Source: Lytechinus pictus (taxonomy: Eukaryota). From it: DNA of 64,000 nt. A model generated the notes under the pieces. It was not told the DNA's origin and made no database searches. It saw only the letters and a list, made by a program, of their open reading frames with translations. Below, in pieces: positions 53,488-64,000 of this stretch (its first letter is position 1; each line of letters begins with the position of its first letter). A program made the translations under genes and the position numbers. The stretch is taken from the NCBI RefSeq assembly GCF_037042905.1, contig NC_087252.1, positions 12,340,001 through 12,404,000 of the forward strand. The letters are read 5' to 3'.

Positions 53488-54855
53488 ATTCATTTAACCT
53501 TCTAGACTAAAGTGGTGTTTATATTCGGTGGTTATTACATGAAATGGGTATACATGTAGCCTTACTAGTAATTTTAAGCCAAAATGGGCTAATGAATGGA
53601 CTAAATGACAGTGGTTAGTAGATGAAATGGTTGTAGATAAAGTGGATGTATACCAATCAGCAATTTGCTGGCTGATCAGGGGCCCGTAACACAAAACTTA
53701 GCAATGATCGTAGAACAATTATCTACGACTGATTCCATAGACTACAATGTACAATCAATCGTAGAAATCAAGCGTACGATCAATCGCTAACCTTTGTGTT
53801 ACGGGACCCAGATGTATAGAAAGGTATCTTTGTGCAATACAGTGAAGATTATGGTGATATGCAGATGGAAAATGTGATGAATTATAAAATCTGGTGATTT
53901 GATTAATTTCTTTCTTTAAAATTTTATGTTTTGGGGCATTTCTCTTAAATATTGTCGAATGTCCTGATGGCACACATTCGTATTTCAGATATAGGCGGGG
54001 TGGAGTGACGTCACATCTGCTTAACGACAGCACTGACCATAGTGCAATGAAAACGGTGAAATAATATCAGAAACAGCACTGAAAATTTCAGAAAGGTTTG
54101 TAAACTTCCGGATGAAATGGGTGAACTTGATTATCACGACGTTCAGCACAAAGTATGAATGCGATGTTTTGTGTATTATGCATTGTAGGCATGCCAAAAC
54201 GCAGCGCTGCTGTACGGGTCACTAGTGCATTGTTTTCAAATTCATCGGCTGGACAGTTGCTAGGGCTCGAGATTAAAAATGCCCAGATGTTCGCCTTGGT
54301 CTATCGACCTGTTCAGTGCAGGAAAATATGATAATGGTGAAAGGGGTTGGTATATTTTCTTGTTTGTGATAGCAGTGTTTCATGTGACATGTTTGTCATG
54401 TTCATCTATGTTTATATTTTTTTAAAGGGCTAAACATATTTTTGTGAATATCTAACTGCCACATTGTTACCCAGGCCCTCTTTTTTTTTTTTTTTTGGGG
54501 GGGGGGGGGGGAGTTGGAATGGGGATATTGTGTTATATAATTATTGGTTCATTTGGTTTCTTGAGCACCCTGAAACAATCCAGCCCCCAATATATTCTTA
54601 AATATGTTTTTGTTTCGGTAACTGTTGATCAAGTACATGTACACAAAACTTTGTACAAAGATCTTTGATTGTTTTGTTTAAATTGTTTTTAATACTTCAT
54701 GGAAATGATATATTCATGTAGTATAATATGTACACGTATATTGCTCTATCCAAATTTTGAGACTTCTGAATTTTGAGATATTTTGACTATGTGATTGTAT
54801 TGTGGAGATTATGTGTATATTTATTAGATATCATTTTACTTATTTCAGATAATGA

Positions 54856-54861
54856 AATAAA
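54856..54861 (+). terminator. Candidate UBE4A polyadenylation signal
   Basis: AATAAA followed about 30 nt later by a T/GT-rich tract, at the end of a T-rich UTR-like region. Confidence 0.35.
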
Positions 54862-55509
54862 GAAAGCTATGTAAAAGAAACATTAAATTATTTCTGTTTT
54901 TTTTCTTTTGTTAATACCGGTGCAATGGTGATTAATACAAAGATGATGATAAAAATGATGATGATACAAAGTATTTATAATAGCAATAACTTTAAAAAAA
55001 AGAAATTATAATGATAATAGCTACAATAATAATTTCAATTAATATAATAAATATTACAAATGTTTTTACGAGACAAATAATGAGGTCTGTCCATTAGGTG
55101 CTTTAACTGTAGAACTAGAAAAAAGATCTAGAATCAGGAACAAAAGAAATATGCATTCTATAACAAAAGATAGCATATTAAACAAAAATGTATAAACCTA
55201 TAACTTCCTTTGTGATTCATACGGAATCAAAAGAAGATGAAGTTTTACTTTACCGATTGCAAAAGAAAAACATACCTTGGTATTACTAGGAAGATTTGTA
55301 ATGTAATGCAGAGTTGAATTTAAAATGATTGTATGTGGGTGTTATAAAGTGTATTCCCTGATATGCAAAAGCATAGATGTCAGGAGGTTAATCCTGTCCG
55401 ACTGTAGTATACCCTGTAACCTTATTTTCACACTACATGTTCCTTGGTTTCTCATACTTGCTCCCTCAAACTTCCTGTCTTTATAGTTAGTCTATTATAT
55501 TTGGTATAA

Positions 55510-56020
55510 CATCTTCTATTCTCTTCTCCTCCTTCCTTCCTCCTTCATTCATTTCTTCTTCTTCTCCTTCTTCTCATCCTACTTCTTCTCCTCCATCTTC
55601 TTTGTATCCTTCTATTTCTTCCTCTTCTATTCTCTTCTTCTCCTCCTTCCTTCCTTTCTTCTTTTTCTCCTCCTTCTTCTCCTTCTATTTCTTCCTCTTC
55701 TTTCACTTTTGTTTCTTCTTCCCCTCCTCTATATATTTATCCTCCTTTCTGCTCTCATCCTCCGACTAATAATCACCATCAACATTATCACAACCAACAC
55801 CATAATTGTCATCATCACCATCACTTTCACCATTGTCATTACTTCCACCATTGTCATTACCACCACAGCTACATGTATCATAATAATCATGACCAGCATC
55901 CATTTCATCTCATTTGATATCAACCTAATCACCACCACCACACCCATCATCATCATCACCATTTTGGTCACCATCATCACCATCCTCCTGATCTTCTTCA
56001 TCTTCATCATCACCATCTAT
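55510..56020. repeat. CT-rich then (CAT/CAC)n low-complexity tract
   Basis: Direct reading. Confidence 0.9.
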
Positions 56021-59000
56021 ATCCAAATCAACAGCATATAGAAAACTAACAATTTAAGAACAGCTTTCCAATGCATCCATCTAAAATAGGGAAAAACCTT
56101 GCATGTGGATACAGTGCAGTCTAGGCATTTGGGTCTACAGCACATGACAATGCAATATTACCCATTCAACTCAGAAAGGAATATTCAGAGACTATATCCC
56201 AGATGCTGTATATTTATTCTACCTGCCATCCTCCTCATAAATCGTACTCTGACAAAGAGGTTGATATGTATCTCCTCTTTCATCTTCTACATATCATCTG
56301 TGCATAGTAGTTGCATTCCCTGGAGGCACTGCGTATGTGACAAAGCAAGGATTCTCGAAAACCAGATTGCGTCAACAGCACCCCCCCCCACCCTTATGTG
56401 ATCTAGGGCTAGGGGAGTATGTGTACATACCCCATTCAAAAAAATTGGATAGAGAAGATTATGAGTCTATCAGAAGTGTCTCTCTTTCGCTCCCTCTGTC
56501 CATCTAGCCCCTTCTCTCTGCTACTACGACCCCCCCCCCATCCTTTTTGTTATCTTCTTTTTTTAATATATATACTTGTGTTTATATTAGGGAATGAAAT
56601 CATTTTTTTTTACATGTATCTTTGCTCTGACATTCACACTTACATGAATTGCCAATACCTACTTCTACTAATTGGACACATCCGAGAATGAATCAGCAAT
56701 GCTACGCAGGGCTTTGCAATATTTCTAATACCATCACCACAAAAATAATACAAAGTACAATAAAATAATTTGCCCTTTCAATAAATTTAATGGATGTCAC
56801 AACTTTTAACTTTACAATGCACATTTTTAAAATCAATTCGAATTTCAGTTTCACATAATTTGACAAAAAAAGCTTGCAAATCTGCTCCAGCATTCAGTTT
56901 AAATTGAAAACAATTAAATACTCTAATTAAACTCATTATCATCATGTTCCTCATTGCATAAAATAACTAAAACGTTACAAACCTTTGATTAATGCATTAC
57001 AATTAGCTAAGCGAGAGTGTCTTATATATGGTTATGAACTTCATCACATTCCCTACACCAGTGCCACCTGAAACATTCCAAGTGAAAGCTTACCAAAAAC
57101 AGGTAAAATGTCATGATTGTATTTGAGTGTAATCTTGTATTCCAGTCCAGAGATATTAAAAAGGATAATTTAGAGATGAATTTTTATTCAACTTTTCTGG
57201 TATCAATGCAATTGTAGCAATAGCAATAACTGTGAGTATAAGAGAATATCGTAAATGAGAGATTGATGTTTGTGTTTTCTGTAATGGACATTCACATGCA
57301 CGCAACATTAATCGCATGTGCAATATAATCATTACTAGCAGTCTCAGGGGCACATGTCATAAAACATTACAACTATTGTAACTTTGCCATCATGGCAGTT
57401 ACCATGGAAAAAACCTTGACTTTGGATGGCTGTTAACTATGTTACCATGGTATTGGCATAATTACAGAATAACACTAGTTGCATGTGTTTATGAAATGGG
57501 TTCCTGTACTTGCAATATTACTAATGAGCAGCAATACCACATTTGGACATGATGATGATCGAGAAATCAAACTGAAAGAAAATGTAATTTGGCCGTCCGT
57601 CATACCAATGACACTGACTCGAATCCAACCAATGATATGTCATTTGACGTAATGTAATAGCTAAAGATCGGGCTAAAGTTCGCTTGGTTGTTGTGAGTGA
57701 AATGGAAGACCAAGAATTAAACAGAAACAAAACATTCCAAATTCTCAAACTGAACTCAAAATGAATTACATGTCTAAAAAGTAAATCCAAAAAAAATCTA
57801 TGGGTCAAATTGGTAACGGAAGAGATTTCTGACTTTTTCTGAGTTTTGATTCAATAGAAAATAACTTCCTTAAGAATGCATATAGTGTTTTCTATTAACC
57901 TATACATGTTGATCTACAAATGTCTTAAATAACTCTAAGAGAATATTAACTTGCCTATTTGGAAATAACTTGGAAAAAGATTTATCTTTCAAATTGAAGA
58001 GTGTAATACTAAACGAGATACATATTGACCATTTCATTTTCACAATGGATTGTGAAGTCATGTGGGTTGGAAAAGAAGACTAACCTCATACATTTTGGGA
58101 ATTGTATAGACCACTTTTGTAGTAAGCTTGCATACAATATGGTCAAATAATTATTTACAAAGCTGTACATATTCATTTTTTTCATTTTGCCTTTCCAGAA
58201 ACAAGGCATTTATGATGCTCACTTCGTATTTGTACTTTTGTTTATCTTCTCTTATTTGCAATTTGCCAAATATATAACAATAATAATAATAATAATAAAA
58301 ATGAATATAATAGCCAGAATGATGTTAACCCGCCCCATGCTATGGACATCTCACCATTATGAAACTAAAACAAACTTGCTTCATCCTTCAGCACTTAACA
58401 TTATATTAAAATACTACTTTGCTAGTACAAGGCAAGCTAGAAAATACATGTGCTGCTGTCACTTTGCAGATACCTACATGTTACAAGCTCATTTTGAATA
58501 CATACAGAAACATATGATATGAATACAAAAATGAAAGAAATTTTGAATTTCTATGTCGGGGTCTATTTCAGAGTTCAACTATATTTTGAATACTATACTT
58601 TATTAGTTGGAGATAATACAAAGTAGTTGATACACTAGAAAACTGCAACTGGTAGGGGCAGATCAATACATTCCATTGTTGTCTATTCCATTATTTCCAT
58701 GATTAATTAAGTCAATTTGTCTTTTCCAATCCCATAAAGGCATAATTCTTCAAAAGGCAAAAAGCTGTAATGGCATAGTAAAATGGATAAAAACATGAAA
58801 CACCGATTAAGTGACAACACTGATTTTTCTTTTAAATACATGTACATAGAAAATGAATAATGGGCAAATAACAACATGAGCAAAACATTTAAATTTGTTC
58901 TCTTCTGATCAATTTACAGCAAGATCAAATAGCTACATTATAATATCAACTATATACCTGAAAACAAAATAACAAAAATGCGCAAAAAAATGAAAATGAT

Positions 59001-59697
59001 ATGCACACTATAACTTTGATAATATATGCAAACAAAGTCCAGCTAGTAATGTTTGTATATGTACAGGCGTGAGGAATTTGCACAATAGTTTTTACAAATG
59101 AACGCTTTGGACATCGCAATATAGAACATACATGTACATATAAAATAGGTATATATAACAAACAATGCCACAATGAAAAGATGAGATGAAAATAAAGACG
59201 ACTTTAATGCAGTAGAATGGCAAATGCAATTAGTAATGAATTAAAAGGAACACATAAAACACAACTGGAACACATCTCCTAGTTTGGAAGAAATAGTAAA
59301 GTTCAAAACTCAAATTTTTAATTAAATAGTTTGCAGTATAATTAAAACAAAAAACCCCTTAGTACTTGCATTCTGATACAACATCACATTGTGTTTGTTT
59401 GTTTTTCGATTAGTATTGTGCTTCGTCTTGCAAAAGATTTTGTAATAAATAGATCTAAAATGGAACTCAAATTTTGTTTGATGCATAAAAACTCCAGTCA
59501 CCCACTTAATGAAATGAATTAAGAACAATCACAATTTGAGTTGGTTTGAATCTACATGTAAAACCTAATGAAAGTCAATTCAAGAAACCATTTTGTTTAC
59601 TTCAAGAAATCGTTTTGTGTTAACAAAAACAATTTTGGGTATCAATAAATAGGTTTGAACGCAACAATGGCTTCCCTTAACACCTCGGGTAAAAGAT

Positions 59698-60100
59698 TCA
59701 GGTACATGTTTCATAAAGCTGTTCGAAAGTTACAGGCCACTGAATGAAAGACTGGTGACCTTTTCTAGTGGTAAATGATATACACCAGAATAATAGGCGT
59801 CATAGCATTTCCTAAGAAAGGTTCACCAGTCACTCGTAAAGTCGCTCAGAACTTACGAACAGCTTCATGAAACACCACCCTGAAAACAAATTGTACAAAC
59901 ACATTTTAAAAGAATTGTCTATCAACCAGGTGGGTGTTTCATAAAGCCGTTCGTTAGTTAAGAGCGACTTTAAGAATGACTGGTGATCCTTTCTCTTTTA
60001 ATAAATGTTCAATGGTAATTATATAGCGCGTAAGAAAGGTTCACCAGTCATTCTTAAAGTTGCTCTTAATACGAACAGCTTTATGAAACGGCACCCGGCT
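59698..60100. mobile_element. Two adjacent copies of a short MITE (relatives at ~37265-37450, 50135-50320)
   Basis: gtttcataaagctgttcg...aagaaaggttcaccagtca...cgaacagctt.atgaaac. Confidence 0.7.
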
Positions 60101-61900
60101 AGACATCAACATACAACAGTCAACAAAGACATAGATATGTGTAACATATACAACCTCCTTTCCACAAAACACAACCTCATTTCCAATGAAACATTTATAT
60201 AATAGAAGTAGACAGCAATATATGATATAACACATCAAGATTCAAGATATCCACAAAAATAGGACATTTGCACCATATTTTTTCTCCACAAGATATCTAG
60301 AAATACAAACGATGACAAGATGTTGGATTGAGACGGAGGGTGTGACAAATTACACATGGCACAATGAGTACTCTTACAATAATAATCAAGATCTATGTCA
60401 TATAGTACTTTACATATGAATTGTTATGCATTGTTCAAAAAAAATAGTACAAGTACTACAAGATTAAAGATACCTTTCCACAGAACAGTACCGTAATACA
60501 AACAACCAATTGCTAATTGTTTTGCAAAATGTCAATAAATACGCCAAGTTATCTATGATGAGGATCTGAAACGTTGTTTTCCTATGTTGAAATGTGACCT
60601 TCAAAAGTACACAACAAATCTTAGTTATAGTCTGGACCTACCTATAAAGTGAAAAAAAAAAGTGTCATGAATTATAAATAAGCCAGTTCGTAGTTCCTTT
60701 CTGCGCATGATCAAACGATTTTGCGCATGATCAGAGGAAGGTCATTTGTACTAAAGTGACATGATGGTTTAAAATCTAATGAGATAAGCACCAACTTTGA
60801 TGTCTTGATTATTCATATATTCTTTTGAATTGTGTTTTTCCTTTACATCCAAAAAACAACAACAATGCGTCCACGAACGACTGGTATTTCACAGTTTGCC
60901 AAGTACATTGTGCAACATGCTATGATATGCATTCAAAGTAGGAATGCAACAAGTACCTTCATAAAGTTTTCATTGGTGTGCTATTCTAGTCACCTGGTCC
61001 ATTCAATTTCTTCATCCTGCTATGTAAGACATGTTAACGTAATATCTTGCTTTGAAATCTGCCTATCATAATGAAAGAAATGAAAGGTCATTTGATCAAA
61101 ATTGTCCATGAAGTAACTACGAACTGGTCTATTATCAAGGTTGTGCATTATCATGAAGCCTGGTGACAAGACTAGCTGGAAAGTGGGATGTACTTCCAAA
61201 TTACTAGGTCTAAAAAATACAAAACTAAGCATTAAATGTATGACTGATTTTACAAATTGATTTGTGCATTGTGGTAAATGCACTCACTAGCAACAATTTG
61301 ATCTACAATCATAGCTAAGTTTTTAATTGCTTACAAGTATTAAAGCACCTCAGAAATAAGAAGCGTTGTGCCAACGGCCAAGACTACAAACACAAAAGGT
61401 GCTATTCCCATACTCGTAGCACTGATTGAGTTATCACTGGATTAACTTGCTTGCATTAGTCTTTAGATCACATGTTTATGGAATGCCAGTTGTCAACTTT
61501 AATAGACACTAATTAGGTTGGCAAAGCAATGCAAATATCTTGGTGAAATATCAATTTTGTCAAGAAATAAGAAGAAAAGGATCAGTAAGAGTGGATAAAA
61601 CTTCAATGAATTCTTAATCCTTTTGTCTTTTTCATGAATATCTCATTAGAGAGAGAAGATATGGCACTGCATACAATTTTGGCAAAAATTCTTAGTGTTT
61701 GGAGGAGTCAAAGCAGGGTCTATTATGTCAGAAAGGTTTCATAGCTATTCATCTTTAACAGGGATCCCATTGAATACTAGTAGAAATAAGATGTGTCACA
61801 GTGGCTCTTAAAACATATCCCCATTGTTTTGTCTAAGACGAAACATGAGGATTAGCAATGAAAATGAGCTTGAGGGATTTCAAGTGTGAAACACATGTTC

Positions 61901-62126
61901 TTAAGGCCCTGACACATTGTTCCAGAAGCCTTGCGGGTGAGGCAACTCTCACACAACAAAGTTTTGAGCATGTTCAAAACTTTTCTGCGTGCAAATCAAA
62001 CTTGCGTGCGCTTCTGCGGGCAACTGCGTGCGAGATACTGTCAATGCAGGCAACCTGCAGGCAACAAAATTTGCCATCTGCAAGTCACAGGCAAGGTTTG
62101 CAATGAACGATGTGACAGAACCTTAA
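61901..62126. mobile_element. Small TIR element
   Basis: ttaaggccctgacacattg ... cgatgtgacagaaccttaa. Confidence 0.55.
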
Positions 62127-62977
62127 CTTTTGTAAAGTGAATCCAATAAATAGAAGATGACGAAGAGCAATGTTTTTGTGCACACAGACCAATTAGAACA
62201 ATACACTTGATGAATTATATACAGTGAAGGATGACTCACCATGCTACGATAAAGATCCCACATGAACAGCGGTAAGTACATAACCAATACGTGTAATGTA
62301 CATCTACTAGATTACCTCAAAATTTGTGATGTCCACTAAAAACACATCACTAGGATGCATGAAATAATGTGCACAAGTATCTTTAAGATTTCAAGAAATA
62401 TCATTCTGAATACAATTTTTTTACAAGGCAGCACTTAAATTGAATATGAATAGCGCACATCCCACTCCCCCTTTTCAGATACACCACTGGAAGTGTTCCT
62501 TAGTGGGTTAAAAACCATTGCTTGACTGGAAAATCAAATAAATAAACACATGCTGAATTATGTACCAAGGAAGCCAGTATAACACAAGTACTGGAGGGGG
62601 AGAAGGAGAAGAGAAAAGTAATGAACATTTGAAAGCATGATCCTTCCCCTGAAGAAACATAATAGTAGGCTCTGCTGGCTTGCTGCTTGACCATAGTACA
62701 TGTACAAGGGTGAAAATAAATCAAATCAAATTCCGTGTTCCATGTAGCCACATGCACAGCCGTTAGTCCAAAGGTCACACTGGAAGGTCACCCAGGACAC
62801 GACTCCCTTGAATGTGTGAAATTTTAAAGTGACAAGATTGATCTAGATATACATGTACACCATGACACAAATATGGTCACAGACACACCACAATTTTGGT
62901 TGACATCTCAGCCCACTTTACATATTCATGTACCCTCTATTAAAGTCAGTACTCAAAGTATAATACCCTAGCACAGA

Positions 62978-63141
62978 CCTGGGCTCCATAACATAAAGGT
63001 TTGTAATCAATAGGAAATACCAATGACCAATCAAGATCGTCGCTGCACGCGCACTCTGTTTAAAATACTGACCGGGAACCAATCAATGCGGTTCTTTCAT
63101 ACTTGCAATTCATAGCACACCTTTGTGTTACGGAGCCCTGG
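62978..63141. mobile_element. Short palindromic MITE family (relatives at ~12050-12205, 12322-12457, 45435-45590, 52530-52665, 53678-53810)
   Basis: ggg.ccgtaacacaaa ... tttgtgttacgg..ccc termini. The 12050 and 62980 copies share a long internal match. Confidence 0.75.
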
Positions 63142-63505
63142 GCCATTCTAAAGCTACAGCTTTTAGCAGGAACTATGTCATACTTAGTGATCTTCACTGA
63201 CTGATTTGTTCTCAGCCAATCAGATGCAAGGATTTCAATAGCTTATAACAGTTCAGTGAGAATCACTATTGTTTCATGAAATGCTCCCAGGAGAATTGCT
63301 GAGAGTTCTTCAAGGTACTTATCAGTGGACATAATGTGGATAAGGAATTGGTAACTGTCACTTCTTCTGTCGATACCATGACACACATACACTGAAGCAG
63401 ATAAAATACTTTAAAGACATCGACGACCATTACAACAATGACTGACTTCGTCCATACTGTTTACCTTGTCAGGGTTTCTAAAGCAGCATCTTCAAGGTTT
63501 TTAGA

Positions 63506-63998
63506 TCAGACTGATGTCTCAGACTGAAGGCGCAGCGCGAAGCGATTCTTCTTGTAGTCAAAGACTTCTTCTCTGATCTTATAGTGAGGTATCTTCATGA
63601 CAAATACCTGGAGCAGGACCTCACCCTGTCTGAGTTGAAAGGTTGTTCCCTCCTTGAGGGTGCCATTCACCTGGGTGTCAGAAACCAGTTCCCAACCTTG
63701 GACAGGGTTGTGATGGTGTTCCGATAAAAGAACGTTGGGACCAGGTTGAAAGAAGGTCTCCAGGAAGGATCGTGGAGCCAGATTGTAGCTGATACAGACA
63801 GCAAGATGATCCATGACAGCGTCCATTGGCCATCTCGGTTGCTGTCGAGTGATGCGTAGGTATTTCTGTAGAGGGCGGGCTAGCGATGGAAAGATAGACT
63901 GCGCTGCTTCTGTTGGATCCATTGCATGATTGCCTGGATGCGTGTCTTCATGGACACGCTTGATGTGCGTGAAGGCTTCTTCCGCCGCGACGAGCAAC
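63506..63998 (-). CDS. VANGL: Van Gogh-like / Strabismus planar cell polarity protein, last coding exon (rest of gene lies beyond the window)
   Basis: LLVAAEEAFTHIKR...MDPTEAAQSIFPSLARPLQKYLRITRQQP...WELVSD...FALRLQSETSV*, matching the Vangl C-terminal domain and ETSV PDZ-binding motif. AG at 63999-64000 may be the acceptor. Confidence 0.96.
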   Translation of the reverse strand, partial: LLVAAEEAFTHIKRVHEDTHPGNHAMDPTEAAQSIFPSLARPLQKYLRITRQQPRWPMDAVMDHLAVCISYNLAPRSFLETFFQPGPNVLLSEHHHNPVQGWELVSDTQVNGTLKEGTTFQLRQGEVLLQVFVMKIPHYKIREEVFDYKKNRFALRLQSETSV

Positions 63999-64000
63999 CT

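Overview
AT-rich, intron- and repeat-dense animal DNA, probably a marine invertebrate deuterostome such as a sea urchin (inferred from the SINE/MITE content, not proven). I can support four genes. (1) A complete UBE4A/Ufd2-family U-box ligase on + (19 coding exons, 30556-51201, 1039 aa, all GT-AG with consistent phases). (2) The last coding exon of Vangl/Strabismus on - (63506-63998, ending RLQSETSV), convergent with UBE4A. (3) An unrecognised single-pass membrane protein on - (four phase-consistent exons, 19337-14412) with a tyrosine-motif tail. (4) The signal-peptide exon and a V-type Ig exon of an Ig-superfamily gene on - (8389-7130). Non-coding DNA holds many non-autonomous DNA transposons (8-bp-TSD hAT-type, TTAA Kolobok/T2-type, foldback MITEs, a Helentron/HINE-like element), tRNA-derived SINEs and microsatellites. 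The most unusual structure is that at least five UBE4A exons have tandem copies of their own exon-intron junction in the adjacent intron. The copies after exon 17 include three open, in-frame 108-nt AG...GT units with mostly synonymous differences, directly upstream of the U-box exon. I see no evidence for a wholly new biological system. Most short ORFs in the track are repeat artefacts.
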